Shown here piece after piece: positions 8,090-17,385 of a stretch of DNA of 64,000 nucleotides. The notes under the pieces were generated by a model. That model made no database searches and was not told the DNA's origin. It saw only the letters and a list, made by a program, of their open reading frames with translations. Position 1 is the stretch's first letter. Each line of letters opens with the position of its first letter. Made by a program: the position numbers and the translations under genes. This stretch comes from Dehalococcoidia bacterium. GTDB taxonomy: Bacteria; Chloroflexota; Dehalococcoidia; GIF9; UBA5629. The DNA lies in NCBI GenBank assembly GCA_034429715.1, contig DAOUFR010000013.1, positions 56,095 through 120,094 on the forward strand, read 5' to 3'.

Positions 8090-10375
8090 CTATTTTAGCA
8101 CGTTAAGCAGTCCGCGTAATAAAATGACAGCCGCTTTTTTATCCAGGGGCTCGTTGTTATTCCCGCACTTGGGCGACTGTATGCAGGCCGGGCAGCCCTC
8201 TCGGCAGGGACATTCCTCAATAGTCTTGAGCGTCGCAGCCCACAGGCCCTCGATGATTTCATAGCCTTTCTCCGCTATACCTATTCCGCCCGGGTAGCCG
8301 TCGTAAATAAAAATCTGCGCTTTTCCGGTATCTACATGAAAGGGTGTGGAGACCCCCCCGATATCATTGCGGTCGCACATGGCGAACAGCGGCAGTATAG
8401 CGATTGCGGCATGCTCCACCGCATGAAGCCCGCCATGAAAATCGAGCTTGTTCTTTTCTATGACATCCATCGCCTGCTGCGGCAGATCGAACCACAACGA
8501 CTGGGTGATGAAACGCATGGGCGGCAGATCCAATACCTCTTCGCCGATAACCTCGTCGGTGTAATGCTTTTTCTTGCGAAAGCCTTCGACCTGGTTGGTC
8601 ACGTCCACCATGCCAAGCCGGATTTTCACGCCTCCGGACTCCTTATCCTTCATCTGCTGAAGTATCTTTATGTCGGTCAACTCCATGGTCTGCGTGTAAT
8701 AAGGGACTGCGGCCGGCTCAACCAGGGCAATATGCTTCTCGATATCAAGCTCCTTGACGAAATAGGAATCGCCCTGGTGCAGGTAGATGGCGCCGGGATG
8801 CACCTGCCAGAAGGCATGGTCCTCCTCGATCGTCTCCAGTACCTGAAAGCCTCTGGAGGCATCCAGTAGCTGATACTGATCGGAAGAGGCGGTCCTGATA
8901 TTCACATCCTGCGCCGGATGTGACAGCCGGGGTGAGATATGCCAGCGGTCGCCCTCCTTTCTCAGCTTACCCTCTTCGCTCAGCTCGGCTCCGGCTGCAT
9001 CGAGCGCATCACCGAAATATTCCCTGTCTTTTTCGTCAATGTGTTTCTCCCAGGCGGCGCACAGCAAGTGCGGGTGAAGAATGTTTATGTTCTCCCAGTT
9101 GATGAGGGCATTCTCAAAGGGTTTACCGAAGAAGAAATCGGGATTATGCATGAAATACTGGTCCAGCGGATTATTCTGCGCCACGAGAAAGGTGATCGAC
9201 TTCTCGCCCCTCCGCCCGCTTCGCCCGGCCTGCTGCCAGGTGCTGGCGATGCTGCCCGGGTAGCCGGTCAATACCGTGGCATCCAGCCCGCCGATGTCGA
9301 TTCCCAGTTCAAGGGCGCTGGTGGCCACCGCCCCCAGCAGCTCGCCCGAGAACAGTTCTCTTTCAATCTCACGCCGGTCGGCGGCCAGGTAGCCGGCTCT
9401 GTACGGCTTAATCTTTTCACCCAGGGGGCTGCCCAGCTGGTCTCGGCTGTACACATAGATCAGCTCTGTTAACCGGCGCGTGGAGGCAAAGGCAAGGGTA
9501 CGCACCTGCCTGCGCACAAGCTCTGTGAACAGCTGGGTTACCTCGCTGTTGGCGCTGCGCCGCAGGCTGCGTGCCTCATCGACGATGGGAGGGTTCCAAA
9601 ATACGAACGCCTTGCCTCCGTAAGGAGCTCCATCATTATCCACGACTTCAAACGGCAGGCCCGCCAGTCCTTCAGCATGTTGCCCCGGGTTGGCAATCGT
9701 TGCTGAACAGAACACAAATTGTGGCCTGCTGCCGTAATGAGCACATATACGTCTCAATCTGCGCAGGACGCAGGCCACGTGCGATCCGAACACTCCCCGG
9801 TATATATGCGCCTCATCGACCACCACATATTTGAGACGCCTGAAGAACTTGTCCCACGATTTATGGTTCGGCAGGATGCCGGCGTGCAGCATATCCGGGT
9901 TGGTGAGCACAATACGTGCTCTTTTCCTGATGCCCGAACGGTCTTCGCCGGGCGTATCCCCATCGTAAGTGGCGCATTCCCAGGGCAGATTAATGGCGCC
10001 GCCGGCCAGCCAGGTAAGTCCGCGCAACTGGTCCTGGGCCAGAGCTTTGGTGGGGAAAAGGTAGAGGGCGCGGGCATAAGGCTCCTCCAGCATAGTATTC
10101 AATACCGGTATGTTGTAGCAGAGGGTCTTGCCGCTGGCGCTGGGCGTTGCGACCATTACATTTTTTCCCAGTCTGATGCTGTTAATGGCCTCAGCCTGGT
10201 GTGAATAGAGAGTGTTCAGCTCGAGCTTGTCGAGCCGTCCCTGTAGAACAGTGTGAAAGGGCCTGTCAGGCCACCCGGGGCGCGCGTCGCGCGGTGGTAT
10301 ATATTGAACATGAACGATCTGGTCTTTGTACTCGGGGTCGTTCTTGAGGTAATCGAGGAACGCGGAGGTATCCAT
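8090..10375 (-). CDS. DEAD/DEAH-box helicase of the YprA/MrfA family with a C-terminal DUF1998 (MrfA Zn-binding) domain
   Basis: Walker A ATPSASGKTL, DEAH box VVVDEAH, helicase C motifs, and C-terminal 4-Cys CPCREGCPAC...CG characteristic of DUF1998. Confidence 0.85.
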   Translation of the reverse strand: MDTSAFLDYLKNDPEYKDQIVHVQYIPPRDARPGWPDRPFHTVLQGRLDKLELNTLYSHQAEAINSIRLGKNVMVATPSASGKTLCYNIPVLNTMLEEPYARALYLFPTKALAQDQLRGLTWLAGGAINLPWECATYDGDTPGEDRSGIRKRARIVLTNPDMLHAGILPNHKSWDKFFRRLKYVVVDEAHIYRGVFGSHVACVLRRLRRICAHYGSRPQFVFCSATIANPGQHAEGLAGLPFEVVDNDGAPYGGKAFVFWNPPIVDEARSLRRSANSEVTQLFTELVRRQVRTLAFASTRRLTELIYVYSRDQLGSPLGEKIKPYRAGYLAADRREIERELFSGELLGAVATSALELGIDIGGLDATVLTGYPGSIASTWQQAGRSGRRGEKSITFLVAQNNPLDQYFMHNPDFFFGKPFENALINWENINILHPHLLCAAWEKHIDEKDREYFGDALDAAGAELSEEGKLRKEGDRWHISPRLSHPAQDVNIRTASSDQYQLLDASRGFQVLETIEEDHAFWQVHPGAIYLHQGDSYFVKELDIEKHIALVEPAAVPYYTQTMELTDIKILQQMKDKESGGVKIRLGMVDVTNQVEGFRKKKHYTDEVIGEEVLDLPPMRFITQSLWFDLPQQAMDVIEKNKLDFHGGLHAVEHAAIAILPLFAMCDRNDIGGVSTPFHVDTGKAQIFIYDGYPGGIGIAEKGYEIIEGLWAATLKTIEECPCREGCPACIQSPKCGNNNEPLDKKAAVILLRGLLNVLK

Positions 10376-10410
10376 ATGTCAATTATACTGCCCTGGATTA
10401 AAAACCAGAT

Positions 10411-10695
10411 TCAGTAGGTTTCGATCTCTTTCTCCACGATCTCAACCGAAGGATAATCGTGTTCGATCAGGCTGATGGCCGCGCTGATGACCTCGTCAAC
10501 GCGGTTGTTATGGTTGGATACGCAGGCTAATCCGATCGTGGTCATCTGCCAAAGGTCATGGTCATCGACCTCGGCGATGGAGATGTTGAACTGCTTCTGC
10601 AGGCGCATTACAAGGGACTTAACGATGCTCCTTTTATCCTTGAGAGACCTGCTCCCCGGGATATGGATCTTTAATTTGCAGACGCCTACATTCAC
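10411..10695 (-). CDS. DUF503 (YlxP-like) family protein
   Basis: About 94 aa with the HIPGSRSLKDKRS motif typical of DUF503. Confidence 0.65.
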   Translation of the reverse strand: MNVGVCKLKIHIPGSRSLKDKRSIVKSLVMRLQKQFNISIAEVDDHDLWQMTTIGLACVSNHNNRVDEVISAAISLIEHDYPSVEIVEKEIETY

Positions 10696-10767
10696 TAAAG
10701 ACCGCTCTGCCGCCCCGCAGCTATCGGAATATGGTGGCTCCCGCGGGAGACTGCGGGAGCAATATAT

Positions 10768-11061
10768 TTAACGTTCCGGTTTGGACGATGCGTAGCAGCT
10801 GCTGCAATAAACCGGACGTTCCTGTCTCGGCTCAAAGGGTACTTCGCACTCGGTACCGCACCTTGCGCAGGTGGCTTTAAACATCTGCCTGGCTTTGCCG
10901 GCGCCTCCTGAGCGGGACTGTTTCCTGCTGGTCCTGCAATCAGGGCAGCGCTTGGGCTCGTTCTGAAGTCCTTTTGACTGATAGAATTCCTGCTCGCCTA
11001 CTGTGAATACAAATGATCCACCACATTCAGCGCAGGTTAGATTTTTGTCCGTTAGGGCCAT
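10768..11061 (-). CDS. double zinc-ribbon small protein (zf-trcl-like)
   Basis: CAECG...FYQSKGLQNEPKRCPDCR, then CARCG...CSSC. Two CxxC-x(n)-CxxC ribbons. Confidence 0.55.
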   Translation of the reverse strand: MALTDKNLTCAECGGSFVFTVGEQEFYQSKGLQNEPKRCPDCRTSRKQSRSGGAGKARQMFKATCARCGTECEVPFEPRQERPVYCSSCYASSKPER

Positions 11062-11290
11062 TGATGCCTCCTTGTTGATAATAACTATGCACCATGGATA
11101 CTGAGGGGTCTATATGGCCCAGGACCTCTTGAAACATACGCTGGGAGTCTTAATCCCGGCATTATGGTCTCCCGATTTAAGAGGCAGCCAGCTTAAGACT
11201 CACCATCAACCAGGGTTTGCATACTCGCAATAGTGTAGATTATAATTTTCTGCAAGTCAAGGCCTTTGGATAGAAAAAAAGGATGGTAAT

Positions 11291-11833
11291 ATGCCAGACT
11301 ATGAATATGATAAACAGCCCATGGTGCGCAGCGTCATCAGCATCGTCGCCTGCCTTCTCATCGGGTTAACACTCATCTTTGCGGGCGGCGGAAAGCTGGC
11401 CAACCTGGGCGCGGTCCCCGGACAGACCGAATTCCTCGACAGGTTCATCCCGGACTTCCTCATGACCCCGGAATTCGCCCGCTTCATCGGCTTGGTTTTT
11501 ATACCCTGGATCCTGCCCGCCGTTGAAGTGGTGCTCGGTCTCCTGCTGGTTATAGGTATCTGGCCGCGCGTCATGGCCATACTGATACTGCCGATGGTGC
11601 TGGGTTTCATGGCCAATAACTCTTATATGATTTCCCAGGGCCTCGAGCAATACCCGGAGTGTGAGTGCTTCGGCGTCTGGGAGCTATGGCTGGGGGGATT
11701 AACCCCTATTCAGTCGATGTACTACGACGTAGCCCTCTTTATACTGGCAATAATCATAATTATCGTACATCCGGGACCCTTCTTCTCTCACCAGGTCTGG
11801 GTCAATAAATTGATATCCAGGGACAAGGTATAA
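11291..11833 (+). CDS. MauE/DoxX-like integral membrane protein
   Basis: Four to five TM helices and an ECECFG motif typical of the MauE/DoxX family. Confidence 0.55.
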   Translation: MPDYEYDKQPMVRSVISIVACLLIGLTLIFAGGGKLANLGAVPGQTEFLDRFIPDFLMTPEFARFIGLVFIPWILPAVEVVLGLLLVIGIWPRVMAILILPMVLGFMANNSYMISQGLEQYPECECFGVWELWLGGLTPIQSMYYDVALFILAIIIIIVHPGPFFSHQVWVNKLISRDKV

Positions 11834-11877
11834 TTTCCGCCTGCCCCCCCCCTTTTTAGACAGGAGGTACTATAATC

Positions 11878-12621
11878 ATGTTATCAAATCTGCGTTTTCG
11901 CCTGGCGCTTGTATGCGCGCTCGGTTTAATCCTTATCGCCGCCCTATCCGGATGCGGCGGACAACCGGACACACAACCTGTTCAGGCGCCCACCGCGCCG
12001 GTTAACAATCCACCCGTGATTACCGACCTCCATGCCGACACTCCACTAGTTCAACCCCTGGGCAAATCAAATGTTATTTGTGCGGCCAGCGACCCCGACA
12101 GCGATGAGCTTATTTACCGCTGGACCACCAGCGGCGGCATGGTCGACAACACGGGCGCTGCCGTGACCTGGACAGCCCCCGCAGATCCCGGCAGCTATGT
12201 GATTACTGTGGTGGTCAGCGACGGAAAGGGCGGGGCGACCTCCCAGGAGACCACCGTTATGGTGCCGGAAAAGCCCAACAATCCGCCGGCGATCGGTGCC
12301 ATCAAATTCACCAGACCGGGCCGCATGCCTGTCACAGTCAAAGCAAATGCTTCCGCAGAGGAGCTTAAAAAGACCCCCGAACTGGTCATCCGTAAATACG
12401 AGACAGCGCTCGTGGAGTGCGTCGCCGAAGACCAGGACAAAGACCAGTTATCTTATATCTGGAGGGCCAGCGGCGGGAAAGTCATCGGGAACGGCCCGAA
12501 TATACAGTGGATAGCTGCCGGAGACGCAGGAACATACACCATCAATTGCGAGGTCTCCGACGGCAACGGCGGGACTAACTCGTTCACCATTACCATTAGC
12601 GTACACTGCTGCAGCGGTTAG
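11878..12621 (+). CDS. lipoprotein with two PKD/Ig-like repeats
   Basis: Signal peptide plus lipobox (LSGCGG). Two internally repeated modules of about 95 aa (NNPP...SDGKGG / NNPP...SDGNGG) with a PKD-like beta-sandwich signature. Confidence 0.6.
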   Translation: MLSNLRFRLALVCALGLILIAALSGCGGQPDTQPVQAPTAPVNNPPVITDLHADTPLVQPLGKSNVICAASDPDSDELIYRWTTSGGMVDNTGAAVTWTAPADPGSYVITVVVSDGKGGATSQETTVMVPEKPNNPPAIGAIKFTRPGRMPVTVKANASAEELKKTPELVIRKYETALVECVAEDQDKDQLSYIWRASGGKVIGNGPNIQWIAAGDAGTYTINCEVSDGNGGTNSFTITISVHCCSG

Positions 12622-12630
12622 CCCGGCAGG

Positions 12631-13380
12631 TTATATTTTCACCAGACTGATATCGCCCCAGGCGCCCATATTGCTTCCGGCTATCACAACGATTCCGCTG
12701 ATCCCTTTGATTCTGCGGCCGAGTTCAAGTGCGGCATCCACGTCCTTCTCGCTTTTCACCGCGTTGCCCACTGCCGTCGCCGCGGCGTCAGCCAGCGCCG
12801 CAGACGGCGCGACGACAACCGCAGCATCCGCCATCCCCAGACTGAGCGATGGTCCGACTCTCCCGGATGAAGTACAGACCCCCAGCGGCGTACGGTCCGG
12901 TTCAACCTCTATAGCCAGCTTGCCTGTAAACACGGATTCGCCGGCATAAATGGCGATCACCCTCTTCCTGCTGACTTTGAGGTAGATATCGCCGCCGTTC
13001 TCCACAATTACTTCGCCGGACGAATGCAACAGTCTTTCACCTACCATCTGTGCTACGGCGCCGGCCACCGCCGCCATCGGGCCGACGTTCGCCAGCCGGG
13101 CGGCCCGTTCCATCCTCTGTACGATCTCAGGCGCATCTTTCCTCACCTTTAAAGGCTCCAGGCTGTGAAGGAATATGGGATGCTCCCTGATATATCTCTC
13201 CAGCGGGCCCCTCACCTCTTTGATGGCAGTCACGGCTTCGGTGCTGAGGTCTCTCGAGGCGCGTATGTAAAGGTCCGTTTCCTTCACAGCAGCCTGAAAG
13301 GAGACAAGGTCTGCGTCTTTGATGCTGTGGCGATAGGTGCGTTGCTCGTACATACCATTCCCGGGCGCACGTGAAGTCAC
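12631..13380 (-). CDS. UPF0280-family protein
   Basis: About 249 aa with a Gly/Ala-rich C-terminal half resembling UPF0280. Same strand as, and directly downstream of, the homocysteine gene pair. Confidence 0.45.
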   Translation of the reverse strand: MTSRAPGNGMYEQRTYRHSIKDADLVSFQAAVKETDLYIRASRDLSTEAVTAIKEVRGPLERYIREHPIFLHSLEPLKVRKDAPEIVQRMERAARLANVGPMAAVAGAVAQMVGERLLHSSGEVIVENGGDIYLKVSRKRVIAIYAGESVFTGKLAIEVEPDRTPLGVCTSSGRVGPSLSLGMADAAVVVAPSAALADAAATAVGNAVKSEKDVDAALELGRRIKGISGIVVIAGSNMGAWGDISLVKI

Positions 13381-13420
13381 GCCCCTTCCTTCGCAGAGGC
13401 GGGTTTTTAAACCCGCCCGT

Positions 13421-13831
13421 TTAGAATTTTAATTCCATGGCCCGGGGCGGGCAGGCCCTTACGCACAGCTCGCATACAATGCATTTCGAATTATCGAAGA
13501 GGACCTTGCGCGTCTTCTCCTCGAGCGTAAACGCCCTTGTGGGGCACATGGCTATACATGCTCCGCAATGGGTGCATCTATCGTCGTTACGCCATACGTC
13601 CTGGCTGAGGTACTGTATCTCAAGCCCCGCCTCCCGCAGGTATTTTATGCCGCGGTTATAGTCCTTCTGTTCACCGGTCAACTCCATGATCATCAGACCT
13701 TCCTCGCCCGGGGAAATGGAAGCCTTGAGAATATTGAAATCGAGCCCGAACTCCCTGATGAGGCTGCTGACAATGGGCTTGTCGATGGTCTGCTGTGGAA
13801 AATGCAATACGATTTTCTTCGCTACCTTCAT
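13421..13831 (-). CDS. NIL-domain / 4Fe-4S ferredoxin protein (MA1822-type homocysteine biosynthesis component)
   Basis: N-terminal NIL domain. Two CxxCxxCxxxCP 4Fe-4S motifs (CTHCGACIAMCP, CIVCELCVRACP). Confidence 0.8.
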   Translation of the reverse strand: MKVAKKIVLHFPQQTIDKPIVSSLIREFGLDFNILKASISPGEEGLMIMELTGEQKDYNRGIKYLREAGLEIQYLSQDVWRNDDRCTHCGACIAMCPTRAFTLEEKTRKVLFDNSKCIVCELCVRACPPRAMELKF

Positions 13832-13845
13832 AATCTTTGCCTCCT

Positions 13846-15051
13846 TCAGGGCAACGGCCTTTCCTCGAGGGCTTTGAGCTTGATACCGGATTCCACTCCG
13901 GGCAGGGGCGCAACCGGTTCACTCAACAGGAACTTGCCGCTGCTGATCCATTGTTTGAGCGTAGCTGCTATCTCCACTGCTCCGGGGTAGCTCGAAAGCG
14001 ACGCTGTCGGGACATCTTTGCCGCCCACGTTGATCTTTCCCGATTTCAGATCGGCATAGCTGACCTCGGCCAGCACATCCGGCTTCCTGTTGGGATAGGC
14101 ATCGGAATAGTCCACCACCGGCGCCAGTATATCCGCATCGGTCACCAGCGTGTACTGAAGTATCTCCTCGCTCAACACGGGTATCGGCACACCTATGCCG
14201 ACGGTCAACGTTGCGCCATACCCCAGGAAACTGGTGCCCACCAGCCATTTAGCATTCATTTGCTTGAGGTCGCCGATAACCGCCAGCGTGCCGGCGCCGC
14301 GCGTGGGAACGCCCTTCTCGGTGCGGGGTGCGGACGGATTATGCTGCGTACCTTGCCATGCCACATAACCGACGCCACCTCCCAGGAAGATGCGTGTGCC
14401 TATACCGATCGTTTTGTACAGAGGGTCGTTCATCAGCGGAGCAAGCTGGCCCGCGGAGCAGAAATTGGCGTTGCCCAGCCTGGGCTTGAGAACGCCCATA
14501 TACGTATAAATCATACGGCTGCCGGCATTTACGGCCACGTTGTAGTTCTGGTAGGCATTGCGCAGATTAAACAGGACGGCCTCATTAATGCTCTTGATAT
14601 TTATCAGTGTCTCCAGCTTCTTGCGCGGATAGCAGTCCGTGCCGTAGCCGCTGGCCACCATCCGGATATCTTTTCCCGCTACAAGCTCCTCGATCACGTG
14701 GCCGCCGCCGTAGTTAAACTCTCCCGGGTAAATCCTGTTCTTCGGGTCGTCGTCAGGCATGGCCGTGGCGCCCAGTATGATATCAACGGCCGCTACACCC
14801 GTATAAGCCGGCACATCATTGAGGTAGACCCTACCCCCGCCCACTTTCATCCTGGGTTTGGTATGGCCAAGGTTCATATAAGCGCTGGAGGAGCACATCG
14901 GGCCGAAAGTCCCGGTGGTCACAACATCGATCTCTTTAGCTGCGGCTGCGACTCCTTTCTTACGGGCGATGCCGATCACTTCTTCAGCAGTGACCACGAC
15001 CGCCCGGCCTTTTTTGATTTTTTCATTGATCTCTGCGATCGTCCTGGCCAT
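13846..15051 (-). CDS. COG1900/DUF39 homocysteine biosynthesis enzyme (MA1821-type)
   Basis: N-terminus MARTIAEINEKIKKGRAVVVTAEE matches the DUF39 start. AAGGAGGG Shine-Dalgarno lies before this ATG, so I trimmed the track ORF start from 15084. A long plus-strand ORF here is an antisense artefact. Confidence 0.8.
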   Translation of the reverse strand: MARTIAEINEKIKKGRAVVVTAEEVIGIARKKGVAAAAKEIDVVTTGTFGPMCSSSAYMNLGHTKPRMKVGGGRVYLNDVPAYTGVAAVDIILGATAMPDDDPKNRIYPGEFNYGGGHVIEELVAGKDIRMVASGYGTDCYPRKKLETLINIKSINEAVLFNLRNAYQNYNVAVNAGSRMIYTYMGVLKPRLGNANFCSAGQLAPLMNDPLYKTIGIGTRIFLGGGVGYVAWQGTQHNPSAPRTEKGVPTRGAGTLAVIGDLKQMNAKWLVGTSFLGYGATLTVGIGVPIPVLSEEILQYTLVTDADILAPVVDYSDAYPNRKPDVLAEVSYADLKSGKINVGGKDVPTASLSSYPGAVEIAATLKQWISSGKFLLSEPVAPLPGVESGIKLKALEERPLP

Positions 15052-15153
15052 ATCTCCCTCCTTTATAAAATTACAGGCCCGCACGGTGAAGCTGTTCCGG
15101 CTGCCTCAGCCGCAGCGGGCGGTGATTGTTCTGCGAGGTACGCTGCCTAAATT

Positions 15154-15705
15154 CTAATGCCTGCCGTACTTTTCGTAAAATACGAGCTCCGACATTTCCC
15201 TGCGCGGCGGCCCTTTTGACTCGCCGGCAGGATAGCCGAGCGGCGTCATTTCCACCGAGACCACGCCCTCCGGCAGGCCGAGTATGGCGTCCACTTTTTT
15301 GGAATCCGGTATAAATCCCACATGCACCGTCCCCAGACCCATGGCACAAGCCGCCAGTACCAGGTTCTGCATGGCGATGCCGACATCGAACATAAACCAC
15401 TCACCCCTGTCGGTCACCGTCACACCTTTATAATATCCTGATTTACCCAGCTCGGCGCAGGCCACAATGACAACAGGCGCCTGTTTGATGGCCTCTGTGG
15501 AGGGGTTACCCTTATTTAAACACTCCGCCAGACGGGCTTTAGTCCCGGGATCCTTCACAATCACGTAGCGCGTGCACTGCGAATTGGCCCATGAGGGCGC
15601 CCAGCGGGCGGCTTCCAGCACCCTGTTGAGAATATCGTCGGAAACAGGGGTATCCTTGTACCGACGCACGCTGCGCCTGCTGTAAATGGCTTCGAAAGTA
15701 TCCAT
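15154..15705 (-). CDS. nitroreductase-family protein
   Basis: RRSVRRY FMN-binding start motif and nitroreductase fold length. Confidence 0.8.
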   Translation of the reverse strand: MDTFEAIYSRRSVRRYKDTPVSDDILNRVLEAARWAPSWANSQCTRYVIVKDPGTKARLAECLNKGNPSTEAIKQAPVVIVACAELGKSGYYKGVTVTDRGEWFMFDVGIAMQNLVLAACAMGLGTVHVGFIPDSKKVDAILGLPEGVVSVEMTPLGYPAGESKGPPRREMSELVFYEKYGRH

Positions 15706-15724
15706 CGCAGTATTCTCCTGCCTG

Positions 15725-16981
15725 TTATTTGGCGTCCTTCAGAAGCGCGATAAGCTCGTCCGGCCGCATCTCCTGTTGTTCGCCCGTCTCCATGTTGCGC
15801 ACCATCGTGGTGCCGGCCTTCATTTCATCGCCCCCGATGATGGCCGCGTACCTGACACCGGCGGTATTGGCATTTCTGAGCTGGGCCTTGAGACTGCGCT
15901 CGCCCGAAGAGGTCAACAGCGAGATGCCTTCGCCGCGCAGCGCCGCCGATAACTTCACAGCTTCCACCCTGGCCTCCTCTCCCAGACAGGCGATATAAAC
16001 CGCCGGCCTATCTCCTGGGGGTACCTTAATATTCTGCGTTTTCAAGTTCAGTACTATGCGCTCCAGCCCGGCGGCAAAACCTATGCCCGGCACAGGCTTA
16101 CCCCCTATCATGGCGATCAAATCATCGTAACGGCCCCCGCCGCCCAGCGCGCTCTGCGATCCGCCATCGGCAGGCTGAATCTCAAATACAGTTTTAGTGT
16201 AGTAATCCAGCCCTCTTACCAGCCTGTGATTCAATACGAACTTGATACCCAGGGCAGCGAGATAACTCCTCAAAGAGTCGAAGTGTTGGCCGCATTCCGG
16301 GCAGAGATAGTCGGCGCTTTTGGGGGCCAGATCGGCCGCAGACTGGCAGGCAGGCTTCTTGCAATCCAGCAGCCTCAAAGGATTCTTCTCAAGCCTGACT
16401 CGGCAGTCGTCACACAGCTGTTCTCTCAGCGGAGCGTAGTGTTCCTTCAATTTCTGCAAATGGCCCGGGCGGCACTTTTTACAGCCGATGCTGTTTAACT
16501 GCAGCGAGAAGTCCGTCAGTCCCAGCGACCCGAAGAAGCTGAGCGCCATATGGATTACTTCTGCATCCAGCACGGGAGATTGTTCCCCGATGGCCTCGCA
16601 GCCGAACTGGTGGTGCTGCCGGTAACGCCCCGCCTGGGGCCTCTCGTATCGAAAGATATCGGCGAAATAGAACAGCTTTACAGGCTGAGGGAGGTTATCC
16701 ATGCCATGCTCCAGATAAGCACGGCAAACGGGCGCAGTGCCCTCCGGTCGGAGGGCCATTTCGTTATCGCTGCGGTCCTTGAAGATATACATCTCCTTGC
16801 TAACGATATCCGTGCCCTCTCCCACGCTGCGCAGGAAAAGGCCTGCCTCCTCAAAAGCCGGGGTGCTGATGCGGCTGTACCCGTACAGGCGGCAAATCTC
16901 CAGAGCCCTGTCTTCGATATAGCTCCAGTAGGGCTGTTCCTCCGGTAAAGTATCGGCTGTGCCTCGCGGTGCTTTAAACAA
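15725..16981 (-). CDS. hisS: histidine--tRNA ligase
   Basis: Class II aaRS HisRS motifs (FKAPRGTAD, GGRYD) and an anticodon-binding C-terminal domain. Confidence 0.9.
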   Translation of the reverse strand: MFKAPRGTADTLPEEQPYWSYIEDRALEICRLYGYSRISTPAFEEAGLFLRSVGEGTDIVSKEMYIFKDRSDNEMALRPEGTAPVCRAYLEHGMDNLPQPVKLFYFADIFRYERPQAGRYRQHHQFGCEAIGEQSPVLDAEVIHMALSFFGSLGLTDFSLQLNSIGCKKCRPGHLQKLKEHYAPLREQLCDDCRVRLEKNPLRLLDCKKPACQSAADLAPKSADYLCPECGQHFDSLRSYLAALGIKFVLNHRLVRGLDYYTKTVFEIQPADGGSQSALGGGGRYDDLIAMIGGKPVPGIGFAAGLERIVLNLKTQNIKVPPGDRPAVYIACLGEEARVEAVKLSAALRGEGISLLTSSGERSLKAQLRNANTAGVRYAAIIGGDEMKAGTTMVRNMETGEQQEMRPDELIALLKDAK

Positions 16982-17033
16982 ATGCGTTCTCCCTCTCAGG
17001 CCATTATTATATTACAGGCGGTCAAATCGTTGC

Positions 17034-17363
17034 TTATTCTTTCACTTCGCCCGCGATCCAGTCCAGGTAATCGGCGTTCCCCGCTATGACAGGCAGCGCT
17101 ATCACCTCGGGTATGGAGTAGCTGTGGACGCTTTTCACAGCGTCTATGATATCTTTGATCCGTGACGCCCTGGTCTTGATGATCAGCAGCACCTCGTCAG
17201 CCGCATCGATTTTACCCTGCCACCAGAATAGAGAAGATATCTTGGGAACGATGTTAACACAAGCAGCCAGGCGCTTATCCAGTATAACAGACGTGATCTT
17301 GTTGCCTTCGTCCAACCCGGACGCAGTTACCAGCACAACCGCAAAGCCGGTCATCTCCGCCAT
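17034..17363 (-). CDS. cutA: divalent-cation tolerance protein CutA
   Basis: About 109 aa. The conserved CutA1 core is recognisable. Confidence 0.75.
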   Translation of the reverse strand: MAEMTGFAVVLVTASGLDEGNKITSVILDKRLAACVNIVPKISSLFWWQGKIDAADEVLLIIKTRASRIKDIIDAVKSVHSYSIPEVIALPVIAGNADYLDWIAGEVKE

Positions 17364-17385
17364 GCCGCAACCCCCTTATCATCAA

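Noticed and set aside
8090-10375. DISARM-like system (DrmA helicase plus DrmB DUF1998)
   Set aside because: Helicase and DUF1998 are fused as in MrfA/YprA. No methyltransferase, PLD nuclease or separate DUF1998 gene is nearby.
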